A stretch of DNA of 64,000 nt from Candidatus Spongiisociaceae bacterium. Lineage in GTDB: Bacteria > Actinomycetota > Acidimicrobiia > Spongiisociales > Spongiisociaceae. The position numbers were made by a program, and so were the translations under genes. The DNA lies in NCBI GenBank assembly GCA_965219685.1, contig CBDCOH010000002.1, positions 1,568,001-1,632,000 of the forward strand, read 5' to 3'. Below are positions 48,805 through 57,930 of this stretch, one piece after another; position 1 is the stretch's first letter, and each line of letters begins with the position of its first letter. The notes beneath the pieces are model-generated. The model made no database searches, was not told the origin of the DNA, and worked only from the letters and a program-made list of their open reading frames with translations.

Positions 48805-49923
48805 TCAAGAGTCGCCCGGACCCGCCGTCCGACCCGAAAGGATCCGCTCTCGCTCGTCCAGCTTCATGATCAGGTCGTGGTAGATGGCGTCCCGGTCGAT
48901 GCCGACCGCTTCGAGCATCAAGGGCCCGTCCGGCCTCGCCCTCCAATAGAGGCCTCTGTCGAGCCGCGGGGTGGGCGCGGCCCTCGTCGGAACCCAGTCC
49001 CGGTCGATCAACCAAGCCACGTTGATGAGGTCCCAGATCACCCAGGACTGGCCGGGGAAAGACGTCACGCCTCGCTGGATGTGGATGGGGTTGTTGGTGT
49101 AGAGGTGATGCAGGTACTCCCCTATCTCGCCCTTGTCCCTGATCCAGGCCTCCATCTCCGGCAGGGAGAAGCGGAGTTGCGCCCCGATGTGGTAACCGGG
49201 CAGGTAGACGAGCGGAACTCCCGATGAGAAAAGGAGCCGGGACGCGTGGGGATCCTGCACCAGGTTGAGGGAGGGCCTGTTGGAGAGGTCCGTCCACGTG
49301 GGATACCCCGACGTCCAGGTGACCACCATGCGAGCGGCGATCTCAGGCGCCATGAGAAGCGCCGAGGCGACGTTGGTTACCGCCCCGATGGCCACCACGA
49401 ACAGGACCCGTTCATCGTCGGAGAGCGCCGCTTCGATGATCCGCTCAGCGCCCTCGCTCTCGACCGGCGTGTCGGCATCCGGCATGTACCGGTCGGAGCC
49501 GCGGTATACGAGGCCGTCCGCCCCCAATCCCATCTTGTCGAAGACCGTGATTATCTCCGCGTAGGAGAGCTCCATACCTTCGGCGGGACCGGTCAACTCC
49601 AGCGTGTCCGGGTCGATGCCTTCGGCAATCAGGTGCGTGACCCAGGTCTCGTACTTGTCCTCCACCAGGTCGGTACCGGTGTCCTCCTGCCGGGCCCTGA
49701 TCTCGGCGACGAGCTCCTCCCTCATGTGGAGGTGACCGTAGGGCGCGGCCACGATCGCCTCGACATCCATGCGGTCGGGGGACAGCATCGCCCAAGCGAT
49801 GGCGAACTGGTCGTCGATCTCGTTGGCGGCGTCGGTGTCGATCAGCACCCGCGCCGGACCGGGGCGGTCGGCGAACATCGCCATCCGGCGCGCGTCGGTA
49901 ACGCCAGGGAACTCGGTCATCAA
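48805..49923 (-). CDS. Nucleoside hydrolase family protein
   Basis: IDTDAANEIDDQFA, IGAVTNVASA, NLVQDPHA, VIWD. Confidence 0.88.
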   Translation of the reverse strand: MMTEFPGVTDARRMAMFADRPGPARVLIDTDAANEIDDQFAIAWAMLSPDRMDVEAIVAAPYGHLHMREELVAEIRARQEDTGTDLVEDKYETWVTHLIAEGIDPDTLELTGPAEGMELSYAEIITVFDKMGLGADGLVYRGSDRYMPDADTPVESEGAERIIEAALSDDERVLFVVAIGAVTNVASALLMAPEIAARMVVTWTSGYPTWTDLSNRPSLNLVQDPHASRLLFSSGVPLVYLPGYHIGAQLRFSLPEMEAWIRDKGEIGEYLHHLYTNNPIHIQRGVTSFPGQSWVIWDLINVAWLIDRDWVPTRAAPTPRLDRGLYWRARPDGPLMLEAVGIDRDAIYHDLIMKLDERERILSGRTAGPGDS

Positions 49924-50072
49924 TACACCTTCCAGGATCTGTGGTCGGATCTCCGCCGTGCGGGAAAGCCCAATCTACACCGTCCGAATTGCCCGACCTC
50001 CGAACCGATCAGGAACGAGGTCAGCAGAACTGAGCGTCTACGAGAGGCGGGCGAGCACCGTCGGTCTCGTAT

Positions 50073-50849
50073 TCATGGCATGCCTTCCGTTCCGGTTCTG
50101 GAGCCGATAGAAGCTCGTTCTGACAGCACCCCCGCCAGCAAGTGCTCGCCGCACCCGTCGCCGTCTCCCGGAAGCGGGAGCACCTCCGTTTCGAAACCGG
50201 CCTCTTCCAGGAACCGTACCCAGGTGGGGAGCGGGAACAGCCCGGTGTGGTGGACATCGGTCTCGACCCGCCTCCGCCCGCCCTGCTTAATGGTGTAGGT
50301 GATGACCGATTCGATCATGGTGTCGGTCGGGTCCGGGTCGGTGATCCGCTCCTGTACCTGCACCTCGATCCCGCCGGAGGTCGGCGGAATCGGCCATTGC
50401 AGCACCATCCCGTCCCGGAAGTTCTCACGCACCAGGTCGGGGGCGACGAGCAGCAGACCGCCCGGGCGCAGATGGGCGCGGGCCGTGGCGAAGGCGGCGC
50501 CCAGGTCGTCCTCGGTCACCATGTACGAGATGGCGTCGTGGATGAGAACCGCGTCGAAGACGGAGTCCAGCCGGATGGTTCTCATGTCGCCCTGGTGGTG
50601 CCGCACATCCGGGTTCAGGCGCCGGGAGTGTTCGAGCATGCGGGGCGACAGGTCCACGGCCTCCGCCTCGAAGTCGGCGGTCAAATGCGAGAGGTTGTGC
50701 CCCCCGCCCGCTCCGAGTTCCAGGATCCGGTGCCTGCCGGGACCCAGGCGGTTCCGGATGGCCCGGCGCCAGTAGCCGGCCTCCTCGGCGTAGTCCTCCG
50801 GCGGGCTCACGAGGGGCCAGAGGTAGGCGAGGTCGTCGTAGAGCCTCAT
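50073..50849 (-). CDS. Class I SAM-dependent methyltransferase
   Basis: ILELGAGGG, VDLSPRML, GDMR, FDAV, LRPGG. Confidence 0.92.
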   Translation of the reverse strand: MRLYDDLAYLWPLVSPPEDYAEEAGYWRRAIRNRLGPGRHRILELGAGGGHNLSHLTADFEAEAVDLSPRMLEHSRRLNPDVRHHQGDMRTIRLDSVFDAVLIHDAISYMVTEDDLGAAFATARAHLRPGGLLLVAPDLVRENFRDGMVLQWPIPPTSGGIEVQVQERITDPDPTDTMIESVITYTIKQGGRRRVETDVHHTGLFPLPTWVRFLEEAGFETEVLPLPGDGDGCGEHLLAGVLSERASIGSRTGTEGMP

Positions 50850-50892
50850 CCCCAGGTCCGGGAGACAGGAAGGGTCATGTTCTCGACCCCTT

Positions 50893-51804
50893 CTAACTCT
50901 TCCCGTGTGCGGAGCGGTCCGGCCAGGGGACGCCCTCCGATAAGGCGATTCCCCGTAGTTCGTCCAGCCGATCGGTGCCGCTCGACAGGCCCGCCTCGCC
51001 GGTGGCGGCCTCCCGCCAGACAGCCCGACCGGCCAGGAACCCCGAAGCGCCGGCGCGGCAGGCCGTTCGCAACTGCTCGCTGAACAGGCCGTAGTCGCCG
51101 CCTTCCGACAGGATCGTCCAGGGGACCGAGCTGAGCCGGTCGATCTCCCGGCAGGACTCGACCCACTCCCGGCCGGTCGCCGTTCGAGGACCCGGTTCGG
51201 GGAACTGGAGCTTCAGGACATCGGCGCCGAGAGGTCCGAAGATCCGCACTCCCTCCAGCACCGCCCGCTTCCTGTCAGCCGGCCTCCCGTACAGGGCCAG
51301 CGGCTCGCAGAACAGCGGCATCCCGGTCGCCTCGCACTGGGCCGCCACGTCGGTTACGAAACCCTCCGCCGCTGCGGTGTCGCGGTCGGGATCGAAGTAG
51401 ACCGAGATCTTCACGGCGTCCACATCCAACTCGGAGGCCCTTCGCACGTCCCACCCCGGCAGGAGACGTGGGGCGGTGATCACATCCTCGTAGTCGCCGT
51501 CCTCCATCCCGAGGATCAGGCCCGTACCGCTGAGGGCTTCCCTCTGGCCGGGGTCCAGGCCGGCGAGGAACGCTGGATCCACGAGTACCGCGCCCGCGTG
51601 GGCCGCCAGACCCTCCACGAGGGCCAGCTTGGCCGAGCGTATGTCGTCCGGGGTGAGCGCGTCGGGGTCGTCGGGCCGGACCGTGGTGGCGAAGGAGCGG
51701 ACATGGTCGATGGCCAGGACCGAAAAGTGGCCCGTGCCGGTGGCGACTCGGGCGAGGCGCGTGGAGCGGACTCCGTCACGCTCGCGGGTAGCACCTCCGC
51801 TCAC
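50893..51804 (-). CDS. Class I ketose-phosphate aldolase, LacD/YihT family
   Basis: FSVLAIDH, AVLVDP, ADVLKLQFP (Schiff-base Lys), PWTILS, GASGFLAGRAVW. Confidence 0.88.
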   Translation of the reverse strand: MSGGATRERDGVRSTRLARVATGTGHFSVLAIDHVRSFATTVRPDDPDALTPDDIRSAKLALVEGLAAHAGAVLVDPAFLAGLDPGQREALSGTGLILGMEDGDYEDVITAPRLLPGWDVRRASELDVDAVKISVYFDPDRDTAAAEGFVTDVAAQCEATGMPLFCEPLALYGRPADRKRAVLEGVRIFGPLGADVLKLQFPEPGPRTATGREWVESCREIDRLSSVPWTILSEGGDYGLFSEQLRTACRAGASGFLAGRAVWREAATGEAGLSSGTDRLDELRGIALSEGVPWPDRSAHGKS

Positions 51805-53288
51805 GCGTTCAAGCCGTCGATCTGCAGGTAGTCACGCATCGGAACCGGTCGCGTGGTGCGCATTCCCAGCCAGGCAGCGACTTCCGCCAGTTCCGACGAA
51901 AGGTCCCCCTGGGCCACCGCGAAGTGATGCTCGTGTCCCTGCACGACCGACGTGTTCACCAGGTCGATCAGGCCGATCGGCTCCCCGTTGAGACGGAACC
52001 CGGAGAACCAGCCTCGGGTACCGTCGAACCCGGCGTGGCCGGTCTCGACGACCTCGGCGGTCGCTATGAACATCTCGCTGAACTCGTCTCCGGCATAGGC
52101 GATGGTCGTCTTCTGCGGAGCGAAGCGCAGGTCGCCCGACACCCCGTACCGCACGTCCGACTTGCGACCGAGCGTCACGTGGTCGACCCAGCGGATGCCG
52201 TTGTCCCCGCCGAAGTGCCGGGGCGAGACGCCGCAGTGCCACAACAGCGCCGCGTCCGCTTCGAAGTCGACGGTGGTCAGGTCGAGGAGGGTCGACGACC
52301 CATGGGCAGGCGACATGGCGTTCATCAGCAGCATCGTCACCGCGCCGGGCACGTCTCCCTCGCACGAGACAGCCAGCCCGTCCTCCGAACCGAGCAGGCT
52401 GTAGGCCATGCACGGGGCCACATGGAAGTCGTCCTGGAAGCTCGGCCAGCACTGGACGGCCAGCGCGTCGTAGCCTTCCTCCTCGATCAGCCGTCCGAGG
52501 GCCAGGTAGATTCGTGCGTTGCGGTCCATTCCCAGGCTCGGGGCGGTGACCTCGGTTGCGACCGCGGTGGCGTGGCGGACGACTGCGACGGCCTCGTCCT
52601 CGCCGATGGCGCGGGCCCGATCGACCACCTCGGCGATGGTGTGGTGGCCGATGGTGGTGCCGAATCGGGCCGCCAGGTTGGCCTCCTCGAACTGCATGTT
52701 GTAGAAACCCGGCGAGATGCCCCCGATCCACCCGATGCGGGCGGACGCCATCGTCGTGATCCCCTGCAGAGCGCGGATCGTGACCCGCAGCCTCCGGTCG
52801 GTGTCCGGCTCGTCGATGTGACCGTAGAACCACTTGAACGGTGTTCCCCGCTCCCTCAGGTAGCGGCGGATGATCGACGCGTAGTGGTTGATCGAGACCA
52901 GCGAGTGGAGTTGGATCGATCCTTCAAGGACCGGTTCCGGAGTGGCCCAGAGCCCCAGCCGCGGAGCGACGCGTGCGAGTGGCTCCACCAACTCGCCGGA
53001 AGCGCAGGCGGCGGCCTGCAGCATGAGGAAGTCGACGTTCGCCGACGCCAGCCGCGATGCCGCGTCCTGAGCCGCTTCGAGATCTTCGACTCCCCTGTCG
53101 ATGGCGACCAGGTCGAAGTCCATCTCTCCGGCCAGGCGCCGGAGGCCGCCGATGGCCCGCCCGTACTGGTCGTGCTCGTCGGCGTAGTAGCTACCGAAGG
53201 CAACTCCGACGTAACCGACCCGGAGCCGCCGGTCCTCGGCCACCACCCGACTCCCGTCGGACGGTCCCTGCAACTCGCTCGATGTCAT
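51801..53288 (-). CDS. L-fucose/L-arabinose isomerase-like protein
   Basis: DALAVQCWP, PC, SCEGDVPG, LWHCG, EHHFA. Confidence 0.82.
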   Translation of the reverse strand: MTSSELQGPSDGSRVVAEDRRLRVGYVGVAFGSYYADEHDQYGRAIGGLRRLAGEMDFDLVAIDRGVEDLEAAQDAASRLASANVDFLMLQAAACASGELVEPLARVAPRLGLWATPEPVLEGSIQLHSLVSINHYASIIRRYLRERGTPFKWFYGHIDEPDTDRRLRVTIRALQGITTMASARIGWIGGISPGFYNMQFEEANLAARFGTTIGHHTIAEVVDRARAIGEDEAVAVVRHATAVATEVTAPSLGMDRNARIYLALGRLIEEEGYDALAVQCWPSFQDDFHVAPCMAYSLLGSEDGLAVSCEGDVPGAVTMLLMNAMSPAHGSSTLLDLTTVDFEADAALLWHCGVSPRHFGGDNGIRWVDHVTLGRKSDVRYGVSGDLRFAPQKTTIAYAGDEFSEMFIATAEVVETGHAGFDGTRGWFSGFRLNGEPIGLIDLVNTSVVQGHEHHFAVAQGDLSSELAEVAAWLGMRTTRPVPMRDYLQIDGLNA

Positions 53289-53324
53289 CCTCTAGCCCCT
53301 CCATTCCATTGGCCACTGACTGCG

Positions 53325-54983
53325 CTACCGGTCACTGAGCTCCTCGGCCCAAGCCTCGAACATGAGCGCCACGGTGATTGCGCCGGGATCCGCGGACCCG
53401 ACGCTGCTCTCGGGCGAGTACCGAGCCCTGCCCGCCTTGGGATACATGGCCGCCGTAGCGTCGGCCCCCGTCCTGGCGGCCTCCGCGGCGGCCGCCATCA
53501 CCCGGGTGAGCGACGCCCTCCTCGCGACCATGTCCTCGGCGGCCTCCAAGGCAGGGGACAGGGCATCGACCATCGTCTTGTGTCCCGGCACCGCCCCTCC
53601 CAGTCTGGTGACACGGTCCAGGCCCTTGCGCAGTCCCGCAACGAGATCGGCCGTTTCCGGGACGGCCACCTTGGCGAGCCACGAGGACAGTGCACCGAAG
53701 AACGCACCGAACAGAGCCCCGGCGGAACCGCCGACGGTCTGGTGGAAGGACCGGCCCGCTGCCTCGAACACCGCGGCCGCGGTGGCCCGGGTCGGATCGC
53801 CGGCTCTGCGCTCCGCCTCTGCAAAGGCGACCGACATGTTGACCCCGTGGTCACCGTCTCCCGCCACCGCGTCGAGACGGGACAGCTCATCCTTGTGCTC
53901 TCCGATCGACCGAGCCGTCGCGACTATCAGCCGCTTGGCCATCTCGCGGTCGACGGGTGTGGAATCCTCCTCCCGCCCGAGTAGCGTGAGGCCGGCCCCC
54001 CTCGCCGGTGCGTCGTACAGTTCCAACAACTCGTCGTCCATGTCGCATACGGCGAATGCAAAACCGGCCATGTCCAGCGTGGTCGCATAGGGTCCGATCC
54101 ACGAACGTACCGTCTCGATGCCCCGACCGGCCAGTGCCGCCGCCGCGCCGCGGTAGAGGATCGACATCTCCATCAGGGTGAGGGATCCGGCGTTGTTGAG
54201 CAGGAGGCCGACCCGGTCGCCGTCGGAGAGTACCGCGTCGTCGACGAGCCGGCCGATCATCATCTCCGCGATCTCGTCCGCTTGGACGTCCTCGCCCAGA
54301 CGGGCCCCCGGCTCACCGTGAACACCCATCCCCACCGACACCGAAGCGTCCGACGGATCGCCCAGCGGTTGCCCGCTGATCGGGTGGGCTACGGTGCCGA
54401 CCGCAGCGGACAGCGACCGGGTCCTGTCCCTTGTCTTGCGAGCGATCCGCGCGCAATCGTGCAGCGAGCCGCCCCGCTCGGCCATGGCGCCCACCGTCTT
54501 CCACACGAAGAAAAGGCCGGCCCCGCCCCGGCGGTCGGTGATCCGGTCCTTGGGGGCAGAGGCCACGTCGTCGTAGAGGACCACCATCTCCACGTTCCGG
54601 ATACCCTCGTCTTCGGCTTCGGCGATGGCGAGGGTGGCGTTCATGATGTCACCGGCGTGGCTGGAGACCAGCAGCAGGACCCCACCGCCGCGGTCGGCTG
54701 CTTTGATACCCGCCAGGATGCCTGCCGGTCCCGGTGAGGAGAAGACCGGTCCGGGGACGTTCACGTCGAACAGCCCCTCCCCCACCCAGCCGATCATGGC
54801 GGGTTCGTGTCCGGAGCCGTTGCCGATCACCAGCCCTACATGGCCCTGCGGTTTGGGGACCGCCCGGACCACCAGGCCGTCCGACAGGCTGATGATGTCG
54901 GAGTGGGCGGCGGCGTAGCCTTCCAGCATCTCCTCCACGGCGCGTCCGGGAATGTTGAGAAACCGTCTCGTGCGGATGTTCAT
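53325..54983 (-). CDS. Fused DhaK-DhaL kinase (dihydroxyacetone/triose/tetrose kinase)
   Basis: GSGHEP...G.VG, RRGGAG, GMGVHGEPG, LDAVAGDGDHG, GGSAG, KTMVDAL, GRARY, DPGA. Confidence 0.92.
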   Translation of the reverse strand: MNIRTRRFLNIPGRAVEEMLEGYAAAHSDIISLSDGLVVRAVPKPQGHVGLVIGNGSGHEPAMIGWVGEGLFDVNVPGPVFSSPGPAGILAGIKAADRGGGVLLLVSSHAGDIMNATLAIAEAEDEGIRNVEMVVLYDDVASAPKDRITDRRGGAGLFFVWKTVGAMAERGGSLHDCARIARKTRDRTRSLSAAVGTVAHPISGQPLGDPSDASVSVGMGVHGEPGARLGEDVQADEIAEMMIGRLVDDAVLSDGDRVGLLLNNAGSLTLMEMSILYRGAAAALAGRGIETVRSWIGPYATTLDMAGFAFAVCDMDDELLELYDAPARGAGLTLLGREEDSTPVDREMAKRLIVATARSIGEHKDELSRLDAVAGDGDHGVNMSVAFAEAERRAGDPTRATAAAVFEAAGRSFHQTVGGSAGALFGAFFGALSSWLAKVAVPETADLVAGLRKGLDRVTRLGGAVPGHKTMVDALSPALEAAEDMVARRASLTRVMAAAAEAARTGADATAAMYPKAGRARYSPESSVGSADPGAITVALMFEAWAEELSDR

Positions 54984-55822
54984 GCGATGTGCTCCCTGAT
55001 GAAGGCCGCCGCGTCGGCTGCGTCACGGTCGGGATCGTCGGTGAGGTCCCGCCAGGCATAGGTGGCCCGGCCGGTCTCGACCTTCGAGTTCGGAAAGGTC
55101 TCGAACACCACCCAGCCGTCGTAGCCGGCGTCATCGAGAGCCTCGCTGAAGGACGCCCAGTCGATATGCCCGTACTGGGGGGCTCGCCGGTTGTTGGCGG
55201 CCACCTGGACGTGCCCGATCCTCCCGGCTGCCTTACGGACCGCGCCGGCCAGGTCGTCCTCCTCCATGTTCATGTGAAACGTGTCGAGTTCGACCTTGAC
55301 GGCGGGATGATCGACGCTGTCGATGAAGTCCAGGCAGTCGGACACGGTGTTGAACATGAAACTCTCGAAGCGGTTGAGCACCTCGAGGCATATGTCGATC
55401 CCGAGTGTGGACGCGTAGCCGGCGACCTCGTTGAGGGCGGCGGCGGAGCGTTGCCGGTAGCCGTCGTGGTCACCCTCCGGGAAACCCATCCAGGTGGCGT
55501 AGGTGACCCCTCCCAGGATCGGGCTGCCCAGTTCCGCTGCATCGTCGAGGCAGCGCCGCAGGTGGTCCATCCCCGCGGCCCGCACCCCGGCGTCCGGACT
55601 CGATATGTCCATGCTCGGGCTCAGGCCGGTGCTGCACAGTACGTCGAGCCCGAGCGAGGAGGCGGTGCGAGCCATGCGGTCGACTCCCACGTCCAGCCCG
55701 GCCACGAGCGATATCTCGACCCCCTGGTAACCGGCCTCGGCCGCCTTGGCGAACACGGAGGATTGGTCGTCGGACCATTTGTCCAGCCAGTAGAAGATCT
55801 CGATTCCGACCGGACGGGTCAT
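54980..55822 (-). CDS. D-tagatose/D-psicose 3-epimerase family (AP endonuclease 2 fold)
   Basis: LEVLNRFE, LDTFHMNMEE, HVQ...NRR.P, VFETF. Confidence 0.9.
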   Translation of the reverse strand: MTRPVGIEIFYWLDKWSDDQSSVFAKAAEAGYQGVEISLVAGLDVGVDRMARTASSLGLDVLCSTGLSPSMDISSPDAGVRAAGMDHLRRCLDDAAELGSPILGGVTYATWMGFPEGDHDGYRQRSAAALNEVAGYASTLGIDICLEVLNRFESFMFNTVSDCLDFIDSVDHPAVKVELDTFHMNMEEDDLAGAVRKAAGRIGHVQVAANNRRAPQYGHIDWASFSEALDDAGYDGWVVFETFPNSKVETGRATYAWRDLTDDPDRDAADAAAFIREHIA

Positions 55823-56295
55823 GTGGCGGCCCTGTCGACCGCGAACACCACCCGCAGCAGCGGATGGGCCGGAACCCCCTCCACAAACCTCACGTTGACC
55901 ACCGCTCCTTTCTCAGGTGTCTCGTCGCCGAGCACCCTGTGTATGATGCCTCCTTCGACCCCGTCGAGGCGGATCGAAGCGAGAATGTAGGGCGCCTCGA
56001 CACCGCCGAAAGGCGGGGGACTGTGAACCCTCGTCGCGGACACGACCCGCCCGCTTCCCGGGAGGTCGTACCACTCCGTTTCTTCCAAGTCGGCGTCGCA
56101 ATACCGCCGGGGCGGGAACCACGAGCGTCCACACCCGTCGCACCGGGTAGCTCGCAGGACACCCTGCTCGACACCCTGGTAGAACGGGTCGGAATAGCCT
56201 ACGGCATGGCGGTAGCGTTGCCACATTTCGATATGCAGCAACGTGGTGGATGGCCCGGAGGACTCCCCGGAGCGCTCGACCCGGACTATCCGCAT
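55819..56295 (-). CDS. DUF35 Zn-ribbon/OB-fold protein (thiolase partner)
   Basis: RCDGCGRSWFPPRRYC, GSGRV, PYILA...LDG. ATGA coupling to the epimerase. Start uncertain. Confidence 0.85.
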   Translation of the reverse strand: MRIVRVERSGESSGPSTTLLHIEMWQRYRHAVGYSDPFYQGVEQGVLRATRCDGCGRSWFPPRRYCDADLEETEWYDLPGSGRVVSATRVHSPPPFGGVEAPYILASIRLDGVEGGIIHRVLGDETPEKGAVVNVRFVEGVPAHPLLRVVFAVDRAAT

Positions 56296-56674
56296 CGGCA
56301 AACCTGATCGCCGGCTCGATCCGACTCCCGGCCCGACTCCGGCCTCGCGAAAACACCGCCGACCGAGGGGGTTGAACCTGTCACAGCGGTGCTGCATGAT
56401 CGGGTATTACCAAGCACCTGCGCGGTCGTGATAGTCGACGTCGGCTCGACCGCCAACGGGATCAGGAAGCCATGGAGCGATAACCCCCGACAAGTCGGGC
56501 GTGCCGCGCTCCGGACCCAGGAGAGGTGGTGGCGGGGGCGGGCCCTGAGGGTCGGAAGGAATCGGGGATTTTCGCGACCTTGGCCTCCCTCCGCGGTTCC
56601 GCCCAGGGGTGCGGATCCGGCCTCCACCACCACAGGCCGGCGGCCCGACCCGCAATTCGCAGTGCCGCACAGCC

Positions 56675-57874
56675 TCACTTCACCCTCCCGAACACGTTCA
56701 CGACACTCAGCGAACCGACGCCCGCGTGCGTGTCGGTGATACCGATGCGCGCACCTTGGACGGCCCGGGGTCCGGTCACATCGCCGCGGAGCTGCGACAC
56801 GATCTCGACAGCCTGCGCGATTCCGGTGGCACCCACGGCCGAGCCTCGCCCCATCAGGCCCCCCGACGTGTTCACCGGGACCTGCCCGCCCAGGTCGAAG
56901 CGTCCTTCAGCGGCGGCCGGCCCGCCGTAGCCGCCCGGGCACAGGCCCAGGTCCTCGTATGCCTGCAGTTCGGCGCCGCTGAACGAGTCGTACAACTCGG
57001 CTACGTCGATCTGTACGGCCGGATCGTCGATGCCCGCCTCACGGTAGGCGTCGGCGGCTGCCCTCCGCTTGGCGGCGAAGTGGGGGAACATCTCCTTTGT
57101 ACGGTCGGACAGGCGCGGGTGATCGGTGGATGATCCGCTGCCCAGAATCGCAACGGGGGGCCGTTCCGGGAAAGTGGACGAGTGCTGTTCGGCCCACTCC
57201 CGGGTCGACAGGAGTACCGCCGCCGCCCCGTCGCTGAGCAGGCTGGCGTCGAAGAGGCGGTACGGATCTGCGAGGGGGGTCGAGGCGCGGACATCCTCGA
57301 TCGTGATCGACATGCCCTTGTGGGCGAGGGGATTGTCGAGGGCCAGACGCCTGTTCTTGACGGCTATCTCGGCGAACTGCTCCGCAGTGGTGCCATACCG
57401 GCGCATGTGTTCGGTGATCATCAACGCGTAAGGAGCCGCGAAGGTGCCGAACACCGGCGTCTCCCATTCGAAGTCGGCAGACATGGAAAGTATCTCGGTG
57501 GCGGTGGCCCGGTCCACCGACTTTCCGTTGGTCTCCCCCCCGAACACCAGCACGGACCGAGCCGCCCCGGCCCGGAGGGCCATCACCGCCGTGCGGATGG
57601 CCAGAGCACCGGTCGCGCCGCCACCCTCTACCCGGAGCGTGGGCTTGCCGACCAGCCCGACGCTGTCCTGGAGAACGTGGCCGAGACTCAGCTGACGGTT
57701 GAAGTGGTCGCTCTCGTAGCCGGAAACCGCCATGTCGATCGGGGATGCCGTGGTTCCGGCGTCGATCAGGACCTCGCGGACAGCTTCGGTCACCATGTCC
57801 CGAACCGTGGCATCGTCCCGGAACCCCACGAATGGGATCATGCCAACCCCCACAACAAACACGTCTTCCGTCAT
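56675..57874 (-). CDS. SCP2-type thiolase-fold protein lacking the catalytic Cys and His
   Basis: VVGVGMIPF, RVEGGGATG (no Cys), SDGAAA, ELYDSF, VNTSGGL..GSAVGATG (no His). Confidence 0.9.
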   Translation of the reverse strand: MTEDVFVVGVGMIPFVGFRDDATVRDMVTEAVREVLIDAGTTASPIDMAVSGYESDHFNRQLSLGHVLQDSVGLVGKPTLRVEGGGATGALAIRTAVMALRAGAARSVLVFGGETNGKSVDRATATEILSMSADFEWETPVFGTFAAPYALMITEHMRRYGTTAEQFAEIAVKNRRLALDNPLAHKGMSITIEDVRASTPLADPYRLFDASLLSDGAAAVLLSTREWAEQHSSTFPERPPVAILGSGSSTDHPRLSDRTKEMFPHFAAKRRAAADAYREAGIDDPAVQIDVAELYDSFSGAELQAYEDLGLCPGGYGGPAAAEGRFDLGGQVPVNTSGGLMGRGSAVGATGIAQAVEIVSQLRGDVTGPRAVQGARIGITDTHAGVGSLSVVNVFGRVK

Positions 57875-57930
57875 AGTCCCCCGTCCGCAGGAATCCGGGC
57901 ACACATGATGCGAGTAGAACCTTCGTTGGC

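Noticed and set aside
50893-51804. Calling the aldolase yihT and the cluster sulfo-EMP
   Set aside because: No sulfoquinovosidase, YihS or PfkB-type kinase is adjacent, and the motif differs (LSEG)
51924-53984. Long antisense ORFs (also 3810..5609, 13529..15298, 24606..26465, 45102..46529, 60922..62616)
   Set aside because: Shadow frames typical of high-GC coding DNA, with no motifs
56525-56632. tRNA, tmRNA 3' end or SRP RNA (ends CTCCACCA; contains CGGAAGGAA)
   Set aside because: No GTTCRA T-loop or cloverleaf, and the SRP CAGG...AGCAG loop is missing
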